DNA of 64,000 bases from the human T2T-CHM13v2.0 reference genome, Homo sapiens. The notes under the pieces were generated by a model. It did no database searches. It was not told where the DNA came from and saw nothing but the letters and a program-made list of their open reading frames with translations. The stretch lies in assembly GCF_009914755.1 (NCBI RefSeq), contig NC_060948.1. One strand, given 5' to 3'. Every line of letters begins with the position of its first letter. Within the stretch, counting starts at the first letter, position 1. Made by a program: the position numbers and the translations under genes. Positions 18,414 to 37,667 of this stretch are shown here, piece after piece.

Positions 18414-20518
18414 AGATCCCTATTTTTTAAATGAAAAAAAATTTCAAAGGTACTCTGCTTGGTACAATAATCAAATGTATAAACTGAGGAATAAAACATA
18501 ACCATGAAACCTACTTATAACGGCATATGGAAAATACAGAGGATAATTTTTTAAATAACATATTTTGAAAGCCTTAACTAGTAATTTGAAGAGCTGGCAT
18601 TTGAAAGGCCAGTATGAATATACCTTCAAAGCAGCAACACAGGTTCCCCATGAGAAAAAGCAAACACAGGGAAAATAAAAACACAAAGGTTCAATCTCTT
18701 CTGACCTTTGAAAGACACAGCACAGACAGTGGTCCTTAGGACGAAGAGCAGGTGACCCCTAATTCCGTCACCATGGCGATAGGGCATAAACATTGCTGGG
18801 TGAGGGCACAATCCACATTGTGAGGTCCAACTGCTGCCAGGAAGACAGGAGTGCTTTTACATAGACCGAAAGGTCATTGAAGGCTCAGAGTTTTGTTTCA
18901 AGAACTGAATCCCAAGCCCACACGTAATTAGGCTGCGCTTCTTAAAACAAGTTATGAGATGGGAAAAAGGGCACCCACAAACATACGTATACATTATGTA
19001 TATAATAATATACAGTATCATATATATAATATATATAACCTATGTATAATATTGTTTTACATCCTGCATCTTGTTATATATATTGTATAAAATATAATAA
19101 TTGATAATATATAAGTTTTATATTTATACAATATGACATATAGTATATATTATAATTTATGACATATATAATATATGTTATATATCATATATAGAATATA
19201 TTATACGGTTAATATACGTATTAAATATAAATTATACATTATATATATTATATATAATATATCTGTTATATATAATACACATTATGCATGATATATATAT
19301 TATGTCTATGTTATATATAGTATAAAACAACATATAATAATATATAATTGTATATATAAAATGCGACATATAATATATATTATATTTTATAACATATGTA
19401 ATATATATTATATATTATATATAATACGTTGTATGTATAATACCTATATTAAATATATATTATATGACTATGTTATTAATTACATGTCACATGCGTTATA
19501 TATTATATATTTTACATAGAATATACCGGTTACATACAATATATACTATGTTACCTATAATGTATAATTTATTACATGTAAAATAAAGAATGCAATATAT
19601 TATGTATAATTTATAATATACAATATGTGGAATGTGATATATATAACATATAATATATGATATATGATATACAGTATATGATATATAACATACAATATAT
19701 GATTCCTAATATATATGGTATACAATATATATTTTATGACATGTATTCTATATGTTTTATATTCTGTTATATATAACTATTTGAAATTATATATAACTGT
19801 ATAATATTTTATGTAAATATGTAATATAATATATATAACTATATAATATATTATAGATAACTATATATTATGTTATATATACTTTTATAACATAATTTAC
19901 ATCAAATATCATAATATAATATATATTATATTATTTCATATTACATAATATATATTACATATCACCCAATATAACTAACATACATAATATTATAATATAG
20001 ATTATATTATGTTATATTAAATATCATATATATCATGTATCATATATTCTATAATATATATTACACATTATATAATATGTATGTTGTCTATTATGTGATA
20101 TATATAACTCTATATATAATTATATTATTATACATATAACTAGATAAACATGTAATTCTACATATTTTCATTTATAATATGTAGAATTATATAATCATAT
20201 ATAATTATTTATATTCTATAAAAAATTTTATCATTATATAAATTATAATATATAAAAATTATAATATGTACTATAAATATATATATATTATATATCATAT
20301 ATGATATAGTACCTTTGTTATATATCATAATACATATAAATGTGTATTATGTTATCTATAATTATATAATTTCATATATAAGATGTATAATATGTATCAT
20401 ATATTATATATGTTATGTAATATATATAGTATATATAAGATGACACAGGATAAATATTATATACTATGACATATAAAATATATGAGGTTATATGTTACAT
20501 ATAAGTCATAGCACATAA

Positions 20519-20833
<315 letters not shown>

Positions 20834-22938
20834 AGATCCGTATTTTTTAAATGAAAAAAAATTTCAAAGGTACTCTGCTTGGTACAATAATCAAATGTAT
20901 AAACTGAGGAATAAAACATAACCATGAAACCTACTTATAACTGCATATGGAAAATACAGAGGATAATTTTTTAAATAACATATTTTGAAAGCCTTAACTA
21001 GTAATTTGAAGAGTTGGCATTTGAAAGGCCAGTATGAATATACCTTCAAAGCAGCAACACAGGTTCCCCATGAGAAAAAGCAAACACAGGGAAAATAAAA
21101 ACACAAAGGTTCAATCTCTTCTGACCTTTGAAAGACACAGCACAGACAGTGGTCCTTAGGACGAAGAGCAGGAGACCCCTAATTCCGTCACCATGGCGAT
21201 AGGGCATAAACATTGCTGGGTGAGGGCACAATTCACATTGTGAGGTCCAACTGCTGCCAGGAAGACAGGAGTGCTTTTACATAGACCGAAAGGTCATTGA
21301 AGGCTCAGAGTTTTGTTTCAAGAACTGAATCCCAAGCCCACACGTTATTAGGCTGCGCTTCTTAAAACAAGTTATGAGATGGGAAAAAGGGCACCCACAA
21401 ACATACGTATACATTATGTATATAATAATATACAGTGTCATATATATAATATATATAACCTATGTATAATATTGTTTTACATCCTGCATCTTATGTTATA
21501 TATATTGTATAAAATATAATAATTGATAATATATAAGTTTTATATTTATACAATATGACATATAGTATATATTATAATTTATGACATATATAATATATGT
21601 TATATATCATATATAGAATATATTATACGGTTAATATACGTATTAAATATAAATTATACATTATATATATTATATATAATATATCTGTTATATATAATAC
21701 CCATTATGCATAATATATATATTATGTCTATGTTATATATAGTATAAAACAACATATAATAATATATAATTGTATATATAAAATGCGACATATAATATAT
21801 ATTATATTTTATAACATATGTAATATATATTATATATTATATATAATACGTTGTATTTATAATACCTATATTAAATATATACTATATGACTATGTTATTA
21901 ATTACATGTCACATGTCTTATATATTATATATTTTACATAGAATATACCGGTTACATACAATATATACTATGTTACCTATAATGTATAATTTATTACATG
22001 TAAAATAAAGAATGCAATATATTATTTATAATTTATAATATACCATATGTGGAATGTGATATATATAACATATAATATATGATATATGATATACAGTATA
22101 TGATATATAACATACAATATATGATTCCTAATATATATGGTATACAATATATATTTTATGATATGTATTCTATATGTTTTATATTCTGTTATATATAACT
22201 ATTTGAAATTATATATAACTGTATAATATTTTATGTAAATATGTAATATAATATATATAACTATATAATATATTATATATAACTATATATTATGTTATAT
22301 ATACTTTTATAACATAATTTACATAAAATATCATAATATAATATATATTATATTATTTCATATTACATAATATATATTACATATCACCCAATATAAGTAA
22401 CATACATAATATTATAATATAGATTATATTATGTTATATTAAATATCATATATGTCATGTATCATATATTCTATAATATATATTACACATTATATAATAT
22501 GTATGTTGTCTATTATGTGATATATATAACTATATATATAATTATATTATTATACATATAACTAGATAAACATGTAATTCTACATATTTTCATTTATAAT
22601 ATGTAGAATTATATAATCATATATAATTATTTATATTCTATAAAAAATTTTATCATTCTATAAATTATAATATATAAAAATTATAATATGTACTACAAAT
22701 ATATATATTATATATCATATATGATATAGTACCTTTGTTATATATCATAATACATATAAATGTGTATTAAGTTATCTATAATTATATAATTTCATATATA
22801 AGATGTATAATATGTATCATATATTATATATGTTATGTAATATATATAGTATATATAAGATGACACAGGATAAATATTATATACTATGACATATAAAATA
22901 TATGAGGTTATATGTTACATATAAGGCATAGCACATAA

Positions 22939-23253
<315 letters not shown>

Positions 23254-25358
23254 AGATCCATATTTTTTAAATGAAAAAAAATTTCAAAGGTACTCTGCTT
23301 GGTACAATAATCAAATGTATAAACTGAGGAATGAAACATAACCATGAAACCTACTTATAACTGCATATGGAAAATACAGAGGATAATTTTTTAAATAACA
23401 TATTTTGAAAGCCTTAACTAGTAATTTGAAGAGTTGGCATTTGAAAGGCCAGTATGAATATACCTTCAAAGCAGCAACACAGGTTCCCCATGAGAAAAAG
23501 CAAACACAGGGAAAATAAAAACACAAAGGTTCAATCTCTTCTGACCTTTGAAAGACACAGCACAGACAGTGGTCCTTAGGACGAAGAGCAGGAGACCCCT
23601 AATTCCGTCACCATGGCGATAGGGCATAAACATTGCTGGGTGAGGGCACAATCCACATTGTGAGGTCCAACTGCTGCCAGGAAGACAGGAGTGCTTTTAC
23701 ATAGACCGAAAGGTCATTGAAGGCTCAGAGTTTTGTTTCAAGAACTGAATCCCAGGCCCACACGTTATTAGGCTGCGCTTCTTAAAACAAGTTATGACAT
23801 GGGAAAAAGGGCACCCACAAACATACGTATACATTATGTATATAATAATATACAGTATCATATATATAATATATATAACCTATGTATAATATTGTTTTAC
23901 ATCCTGCATCTTATGTTATATATATTGTATAAAATATAATAATTGATAATATATAAGTTTTATATTTATACAATATGACATATAGTATATATTATAATTT
24001 ATGACATATATAATATATGTTATATGTCATATATAGAATATATTATACGGTTAATATACGTATTAAATATAAATTATACATTATATATATTATATATAAT
24101 ATATCTGTTATATATAATACCCATTATGCATAATATATATATTATGTCTATGTTATATATAGTATAAAACAACATATAATAATATATAATTGTATATATA
24201 AAATGCGACATATAATATATATTATATTTTATAACATATGTAATATATATTATATATTATATATAATACGTTGTATTTATAATACCTATATTAAATATAT
24301 ACTATATGACTATGTTATTAATTACATGTCACATGTCTTATATATTATATATTTTACATAGAATATACCGCTTACATACAATATATACTATGTTACCTAT
24401 AATGTATAATTTATTACATGTAAAATAAAGAATGCAATATATTATGTATAATTTATAATATACAATATGTGGAATGTGATATATATAACATATAATATAT
24501 GATATATGATATACAGTATATGATATATAACATACAATATATGATTCCTAATATATATGGTATACAATATATATTTTATGACATGTATTCTATATGTTTT
24601 ATATTCTGTTATATATAACTATTTGAAATTATATATAACTGTATAATATTTTATGTAAATATGTAATATAATATATATAACTATATAATATATTATAGAT
24701 AACTATATATTATGTTATATATACTTTTATAACATAATTTACATAAAATATCATAATATAATATATATTATATTATTTCATATTACATAATATATATTAC
24801 ATATCACCCAATATAACTAACATACATAATATTATAATATAGATTATATTATGTTATATTAAATATCATATATATCATGTATCATATATTCTATAATATA
24901 TATTACACATTACATAATATGTATGTTGTCTACTATGTGATATATATAACTCTATATATAATTATATTATTATACATATAACTAGATAAACATGTAATTC
25001 TACATATTTTCATTTATAATATGTAGAATTATATAATCATATATAATTATTTATATTCTATAAAAAATTTTATCATTCTATAAATTATAATATATAAAAA
25101 TTATCATATGTACTACAAATATATATATTGTATATCATATATGATATAGTACCTTTGTTATATATCATAATACATATAAATGTGTATTATGTTATCTATA
25201 ATTATATAATTTCATATATAAGATGTATAATATGTATCATATATTATATATGTTATGTAATATATATAGTATATATAAGATGACACAGGATAAATATTAT
25301 ATACTATGACATATAAAATATATGAGGTTATATGTTACATATAAGGCATAGCACATAA

Positions 25359-25673
<315 letters not shown>

Positions 25674-27778
25674 AGATCCATATTTTTTAAATGAAAAAAA
25701 ATTTCAAAGGTACTCTGCTTGGTACAATAATCAAATGTATAAACTGAGGAATAAAACATAACCATGAAACCTACTTATAACTGCATATGGAAAATACAGA
25801 GGATAATTTTTTAAATAACATATTTTGAAAGCCTTAACTAGTAATTTGAAGAGCTGGCATTTGAAAGGCCAGTATGAATATACCTTCAAAGCAGCAACAC
25901 AGGTTCCCCATGAGAAAAAGCAAACACAGGGAAAATAAAAACACAAAGGTTCAATCTCTTCTGACCTTTGAAAGACACAGCACAGACAGTGGTCCTTAGG
26001 ACGAAGAGCAGGAGACCCCTAATTCCGTCACCATGGCGATAGGGCATAAACATTGCTGGGTGAGGGCACAATCCACATTGTGAGGTCCAACTGCTGCCAG
26101 GAAGACAGGAGTGCTTTTACATAGACCGAAAGGTCATTGAAGGCTCAGAGTTTTGTTTCAAGAACTGAATCCCAAGCCCACACGTTATTAGGCTGCGCTT
26201 CTTAAAACAAGTTATGAGATGGGAAAAAGGGCACCCACAAACATACGTATACATTATGTATATAATAATATACAGTATCATATATATAATATATATAACC
26301 TATGTATAATATTGTTTTACATCCTGCATCTTATGTTATATATATTGTATAAAATATAATAATTGATAATATATAAGTTTTATATTTATACAATATGACA
26401 TATAGTATATATTATAATTTATGACATATATAATATATGTTATATATCATATATAGAATATATTATACGGTTAATATACGTATTAAATATAAATTATACA
26501 TTATATATATTATATATAATATATCTGTTATATATAATACCCATTATGCATAATATATATATTATGTCTATGTTATATATAGTATAAAACAACAGATAAT
26601 AATATATAATTGTATATATAAAATGCGACATATAATATATATTATATTTTATAACATATGTAATATATATTATATATTATATATAATACGTTGTATGTAT
26701 AATACCTATATTAAATATATATTATATGACTATGTTATTAATTACATGTCACATGTGTTATATATTATATATTTTACATAGAATATACCGGTTACATACA
26801 ATATATACTATGTTACCTATAATGTATAATTTATTACATGTAAAATAAAGAATGCAATATATTATGTATAATTTATAATATACAATATGTGGAATGTGAT
26901 ATATATAACATATAATATATGATATATGATATACAGTATATGATATATAACATACAATATATGATTCCTAATATATATGGTATACAATATATATTTTATG
27001 ACATGTATTCTATATGTTTTATATTCTGTTATATATAACTATTTGAAATTATATATAACTGTATAATATTTTATGTAAATATGTAATATAATATATATAA
27101 CTATATAATATATTATAGATAACTATATATTATGTTATATATACTTTTATAACATAATTTACATCAAATATCATAATATAATATATATTATATTATTTCA
27201 TATTACATAATATATATTACATATCACCCAATATAACTAACATACATAATATTATAATATAGATTATATTATGTTATATTAAATATCATATATATCATGT
27301 ATCATATATTCTATAATATATATTACACATTATATAATATGTATGTTGTCTATTATGTGATATATATAACTCTATATATAATTATATTATTATACATATA
27401 ACTACATAAACATGTAATTCTACATATTTTCATTTATAATATGTAGAATTATATAATCATATATAATTATTTATATTCTATAAAAAATTTTATCATTATA
27501 TAAATTATAATATATAAAAATTATAATATGTACTACAAATATATATATTATATATCATATATGATATAGTACCTTTGTTATATATCATAATACATATAAA
27601 TGTGTATTAAGTTATCTATAATTATATAATTTCATATATAAGATGTATAATATGTATCATATATTATATATGTTATGTAATATATATAGTATATATAAGA
27701 TGACACAGGATAAATATTATATACTATGACATATAAAATATATGAGGTTATATGTTACATATAAGGCATAGCACATAA

Positions 27779-28093
<315 letters not shown>

Positions 28094-30198
28094 AGATCCA
28101 TATTTTTTAAATGAAAAAAAATTTCAAAGGTACTCTGCTTGGTACAATAATCAAATGTATAAACTGAGGAATGAAACATAACCATGAAACCTACTTATAA
28201 CTGCATATGGAAAATACAGAGGATAATTTTTTAAATAACATATTTTGAAAGCCTTAACTAGTAATTTGAAGAGTTGGCATTTGAAAGGCCAGTATGAATA
28301 TACCTTCAAAGCAGCAACACAGGTTCCCCATGAGAAAAAGCAAACACAGGGAAAATAAAAACACAAAGGTTCAATCTCTTCTGACCTTTGAAAGACACAG
28401 CACAGACAGTGGTCCTTAGGACGAAGAGCAGGAGACCCCTAATTCCGTCACCATGGCGATAGGGCATAAACATTGCTGGGTGAGGGCACAATCCACATTG
28501 TGAGGTCCAACTGCTGCCAGGAAGACAGGAGTGCTTTTACATAGACCGAAAGGTCATTGAAGGCTCAGAGTTTTGTTTCAAGAACTGAATCCCAAGCCCA
28601 CACGTTATTAGGCTGCGCTTCTTAAAACAAGTTATGAGATGGGAAAAAGGGCACCCACAAACATACGTATACATTATGTATATAATAATATACAGTATCA
28701 TATATATAATATATATAACCTATGTATAATATTGTTTTACATCCTGCATCTTATGTTATATATATTGTATAAAATATAATAATTGATAATATATAAGTTT
28801 TATATTTATACAATATGACATATAGTATATATTATAATTTATGACATATATAATATATGTTATATGTCATATATAGAATATATTATACGGTTAATATACG
28901 TATTAAATATAAATTATACATTATATATATTATATATAATATATCTGTTATATATAATACCCATTATGCATAATATATATATTATGTCTATATTATATAT
29001 AGTATAAAACAACATATAATAATATATAATTGTATATATAAAATGCGACATATAATATATATTATATTTTATAACATATGAAATATATATTATATATTAT
29101 ATATAATACGTTGTATGTATAATACCTATATTAAATATATATTATATGACTATGTTATTAATTACATGTCACATGTCTTATATATTATATATTTTACATA
29201 GAATATACCGGTTACATACAATATATACTATGTTACCTATAATGTATAATTTATTACATGTAAAATAAAGAATGCAATATATTATGTATAATTTATAATA
29301 TACAATATGTGGAATGTGATATATATAACATATAATATATGATATATGATATACAGTATATGATATATGACATACAATATATGATTCCTAATATATATGG
29401 TATACAATATATATTTTATGACATGTATTCTATATGTTTTATATTCTGTTATATATAACTATTTGAAATTATATATAACTGTATAATATTTTATGTAAAT
29501 ATGTAATATAATATATATAACTATATAATATATTATAGATAACTATATATTATGTTATATATACTTTTATAACATAATTTACATAAAATATCATAATATA
29601 ATATATATTATATTATTTCATATTACATAATATATATTACATATCACCCAATATAACTAACATACATAATATTATAATATAGATTATATTATGTTATATT
29701 AAATATCATATATATCATGTATCATATATTCTATAATATATATTACACATTATATAATATGTATGTTGTCTACTATGTGATATATATAACTCTATATATA
29801 ATTATATTATTATACATATAACTAGATAAACATGTAATTCTACATATTTTCATTTATAATATGTAGAATTATATAATCATATATAATTATTTATATTCTA
29901 TAAAAAATTTTATCATTCTATAAATTATAATATATAAAAATTATCATATGTACTACAAATATATATATTGTATATCATATATGATATAGTACCTTTGTTA
30001 TATATCATAATACATATAAATGTGTATTATGTTATCTATAATTATATAATTTCATATATAAGATGTATAATATGTATCATATATTATATATGTTATGTAA
30101 TATATATAGTATATATAAGATGACACAGGATAAATATTATATACTATGACATATAAAATATATGAGGTTATATGTTACATATAAGGCATAGCACATAA

Positions 30199-30513
<315 letters not shown>

Positions 30514-32617
30514 AGATCCATATTTTTTAAATGAAAAAAAATTTCAAAGGTACTCTGCTTGGTACAATAATCAAATGTATAAACTGAGGAATAAAACATA
30601 ACCATGAAACCTACTTATAACTGCATATGGAAAATACAGAGGATAATTTTTTAAATAACATATTTTGAAAGCCTTAACTAGTAATTTGAAGAGCTGGCAT
30701 TTGAAAGGCCAGTATGAATATACCTTCAAAGCAGCAACACAGGTTCCCCATGAGAAAAAGCAAACACAGGGAAAATAAAAACACAAAGGTTCAATCTCTT
30801 CTGACCTTTGAAAGACACAGCACAGACAGTGGTCCTTAGGACGAAGAGCAGGAGACCCCTAATTCCGTCACCATGGCGATAGGGCATAAACATTGCTGGG
30901 TGAGGGCACAATCCACATTGTGAGGTCCAACTGCTGCCAGGAAGACAGGAGTGCTTTTACATAGACCGAAAGGTCATTGAAGGCTCAGAGTTTTGTTTCA
31001 AGAACTGAATCCCAAGCCCACACGTTATTAGGCTGCGCTTCTTAAAACAAGTTATGAGATGGGAAAAAGGGCACCCACAAACATACGTATACATTATGTA
31101 TATAATAATATACAGTGTCATATATATAATATATATAACCTATGTATAATATTGTTTTACATCCTGCATCTTATGTTATATATATTGTATAAAATATAAT
31201 AATTGATAATATATAAGTTTTATATTTATACAATATGACATATAGTATATATTATAATTTATGACATATATAATATATGTTATATATCATATATAGAATA
31301 TATTATACGGTTAATATACGTATTAAATATAAATTATACATTATATATATTATATATAATATATCTGTTATATATAATACCCATTATGCATGATATATAT
31401 ATTATGTCTATGTTATATATAGTATAAAACAACATATAATAATATATAATTGTATATATAAAATGCGACATATAATATATATTATATTTTATAACATATG
31501 TAATATATATTATATATTATATATAATACGTTGTATGTATAATACCTATATTAAATATATATTATATGACTATGTTATTAATTACATGTCACATGTGTTA
31601 TATATTATATATTTTACATAGAATATACCGGTTACATACAATATATACTATGTTACCTATAATGTATAATTTATTACATGTAAAATAAAGAATGCAATAT
31701 ATTATTTATAATTTATAATATACCATATGTGGAATGTGATATATATAACATATAATATATGATATATGATATACAGTATATGATATATAACATACAATAT
31801 ATGATTCCTAATATATATGGTATACAATATATATTTTATGATATGTATTCTATATGTTTTATATTCTGTTATATATAACTATTTGAAAATATATATAACT
31901 GTATAATATTTTATGTAAATATGTAATATAATATATATAACTATATAATATATTATATATAACTATATATTATGTTATATATAGTTTTATAACATAATTT
32001 ACATAAAATATCATAATATAATATATATTATATTATTTCATATTACATAATATATATTACATATCACACAATATAACTAACATACATAATATTATAAAGA
32101 GATTATATTATGTTATATTAAATATCATATATCATGTATCATATATTCTATAATATATATTACACATTATATAATATGTATGTTGTCTATTATGTGATAT
32201 ATATAACTCTATATATAATTATATTATTATACATATAACTAGATAAACATGTAATTCTACATATTTTCATTTATAATATGTAGAATTATATAATCATATA
32301 TAATTATTTATATTCTATAAAAAATTTTATCATTATATAAATTATAATATATAAAAATTATAATATGTACTACAAATATATATATATTATATATCATATA
32401 TGATATAGTACCTTTGTTATATATCATAATACATATAAATGTGTATTATGTTATCTATAATTATATAATTTCATATATAAGATGTATAATATGTATCATA
32501 TATTATATATGTTATGTAATATATATAGTATATATAAGATGACACAGGATAAATATTATATACTATGACATATAAAATATATGAGGTTATATGTTACATA
32601 TAAGTCATAGCACATAA

Positions 32618-32932
<315 letters not shown>

Positions 32933-35036
32933 AGATCCGTATTTTTTAAATGAAAAAAAATTTCAAAGGTACTCTGCTTGGTACAATAATCAAATGTATA
33001 AACTGAGGAATAAAACATAACCATGAAACCTACTTATAACTGCATATGGAAAATACAGAGGATAATTTTTTAAATAACATATTTTGAAAGCCTTAACTAG
33101 TAATTTGAAGAGTTGGCATTTGAAAGGCCAGTATGAATATACCTTCAAAGCAGCAACACAGGTTCCCCATGAGAAAAAGCAAACACAGGGAAAATAAAAA
33201 CACAAAGGTTCAATCTCTTCTGACCTTTGAAAGACACAGCACAGACAGTGGTCCTTAGGACGAAGAGCAGGAGACCCCTAATTCCGTCACCATGGCGATA
33301 GGGCATAAACATTGCTGGGTGAGGGCACAATCCACATTGTGAGGTCCAACTGCTGCCAGGAAGACAGGAGTGCTTTTACATAGACCGAAAGGTCATTGAA
33401 GGCTCAGAGTTTTGTTTCAAGAACTGAATCCCAAGCCCACACGTTATTAGGCTGCGCTTCTTAAAACAAGTTATGAGATGGGAAAAAGGGCACCCACAAA
33501 CATACGTATACATTATGTATATAATAATATACAGTGTCATAAATATAATATATATAACCTATGTATAATATTGTTTTACATCCTGCATCTTATGTTATAT
33601 ATATTGTATAAAATATAATAATTGATAATATATAAGTTTTATATTTATACAATATGACATATAGTATATATTATAATTTATGACATATATAATATATGTT
33701 ATATATCATATATAGAATATATTATACGGTTAATATACGTATTAAATATAAATTATACATTATATATATTATATATAATATATCTGTTATATATAATACC
33801 CATTATGCATGATATATATATTATGTCTATGTTATATATAGTATAAAACAACATATAATAATATATAATTGTATATATAAAATGCGACATATAATATATA
33901 TTATATTTTATAACATATGTAATATATATTATATATTATATAAATACGTTGTATGTATAATACCTATATTAAATATATATTATATGACTATGTTATTAAT
34001 TACATGTCACATGTGTTATATATTATATATTTTACATAGAATATACCGGTTACATACAATATATACTATGTTACCTATAATGTATAATTTATTACATGTA
34101 AAATAAAGAATGCAATATATTATTTATAATTTATAATATACCATATGTGGAATGTGATATATATAACATATAATATATGATATATGATATACAGTATATG
34201 ATATATAACATACAATATATGATTCCTAATATATATGGTATACAATATATATTTTATGATATGTATTCTATATGTTTTATATTCTGTTATATATAACTAT
34301 TTGAAATTATATATAACTGTATAATATTTTATGTAAATATGTAATATAATATATATAACTATATAATATATTATATATAACTATATATTATGTTATATAT
34401 ACTTTTATAACATAATTTACATAAAATATCATAATATAATATATATTATATTATTTCATATTACATAATATATATTACATATCACCCAATATAAGTAACA
34501 TACATAATATTATAATATAGATTATATTATGTTATATTAAATATCATATATGTCATGTATCATATATTCTATAATATATATTACACATTATATAATATGT
34601 ATGTTGTCTATTATGTGATATATATAACTATATATATAATTATATTATTATACATATAACTAGATAAACATGTAATTCTACATATTTTCATTTATAATAT
34701 GTAGAATTATATAATCATATATAATTATTTATATTCTATAAAAAATTTTATCATTCTATAAATTATAATATATAAAAATTATAATATGTACTACAAATAT
34801 ATATATTATATATCATATATGATATAGTACCTTTGTTATATATCATAATACATATAAATGTGTATTAAGTTATCTATAATTATATAATTTCATATATAAG
34901 ATGTATAATATGTATCATATATTATATATGTTATGTAATATATATAGTATATATAAGATGACACAGGATAAATATTATATACTATGACATATAAAATATA
35001 TGAGGTTATATGTTACATATAAGGCATAGCACATAA

Positions 35037-35351
<315 letters not shown>

Positions 35352-37352
35352 AGATCCATATTTTTTAAATGAAAAAAAATTTCAAAGGTACTCTGCTTGG
35401 TACAATAATCAAATGTATAAACTGAGGAATGAAACATAACCATGAAACCTACTTATAACTGCATATGGAAAATACAGAGGATAATTTTTTAAATAACATA
35501 TTTTGAAAGCCTTAACTAGTAATTTGAAGAGTTGGCATTTGAAAGGCCAGTATGAATATACCTTCAAAGCAGCAACACAGGTTCCCCATGAGAAAAAGCA
35601 AACACAGGGAAAATAAAAACACAAAGGTTCAATCTCTTCTGACCTTTGAAAGACACAGCACAGACAGTGGTCCTTAGGACGAAGAGCAGGAGACCCCTAA
35701 TTCCGTCACCATGGCGATAGGGCATAAATATTGCTGGGTGAGGGCACAATCCACATTGTGAGGTCCAACTGCTGCCAGGAAGACAGGAGTGCTTTTACAT
35801 AGACCGAAAGGTCATTGAAGGCTCAGAGTTTTGTTTCAAGAACTGAATCCCAGGCCCACACGTTATTAGGCTGCGCTTCTTAAAACAAGTTATGACATGG
35901 GAAAAAGGGCACCCACAAACATACGTATACATTATGTATATAATAATATACAGTATCATATATATAATATATATAACCTATGTATAATATTGTTTTAACA
36001 TATATAATATATGTTATATGTCATATATAGAATATATTATACGGTTAATATACGTATTAAATATAAATTATACATTATATATATTATATATAATATATCT
36101 GTTATATATAATACCCATTATGCATAATATATATATTATGTCTATGTTATATATAGTATAAAACAACATATAATAATATATAATTGTATATATAAAATGC
36201 GACATATAATATATATTATATTTTATAACATATGTAATATATATTATATATTATATATAATACGTTGTATTTATAATACCTATATTAAATATATACTATA
36301 TGACTATGTTATTAATTACATGTCACATGTCATATATATTATATATTTTACATAGAATATACCGCTTACATACAATATATACTATGTTACCTATAATGTA
36401 TAATTTATTACATGTAAAATAAAGAATGCAATATATTATGTATAATTTATAATATACAATATGTGGAATGTGATATATATAACATATAATATATGATATA
36501 TGATATACAGTATATGATATATAACATACAATATATGATTCCTAATATATATGGTATACAATATATATTTTATGACATGTATTCTATATGTTTTATATTC
36601 TGTTATATATAACTATTTGAAATTATATATAACTGTATAATATTTTATGTAAATATGTAATATAATATATATAACTATATAATATATTATAGATAACTAT
36701 ATATTATGTTATATATACTTTTATAACATAATTTACATAAAATATCATAATATAATATATATTATATTATTTCATATTACATAATATATATTACATATCA
36801 CCCAATATAACTAACATACATAATATTATAATATAGATTATATTATGTTATATTAAATATCATATATATCATGTATCATATATTCTATAATATATATTAC
36901 ACATTACATAATATGTATGTTGTCTACTATGTGATATATATAACTCTATATATAATTATATTATTATACATATAACTAGATAAACATGTAATTCTACATA
37001 TTTTCATTTATAATATGTAGAATTATATAATCATATATAATTATTTATATTCTATAAAAAATTTTATCATTCTATAAATTATAATATATAAAAATTATCA
37101 TATGTACTACAAATATATATATTGTATATCATATATGATATAGTACCTTTGTTATATATCATAATACATATAAATGTGTATTATGTTATCTATAATTATA
37201 TAATTTCATATATAAGATGTATAATATGTATCATATATTATATATGTTATGTAATATATATAGTATATATAAGATGACACAGGATAAATATTATATACTA
37301 TGACATATAAAATATATGAGGTTATATGTTACATATAAGGCATAGCACATAA

Positions 37353-37667
<315 letters not shown>

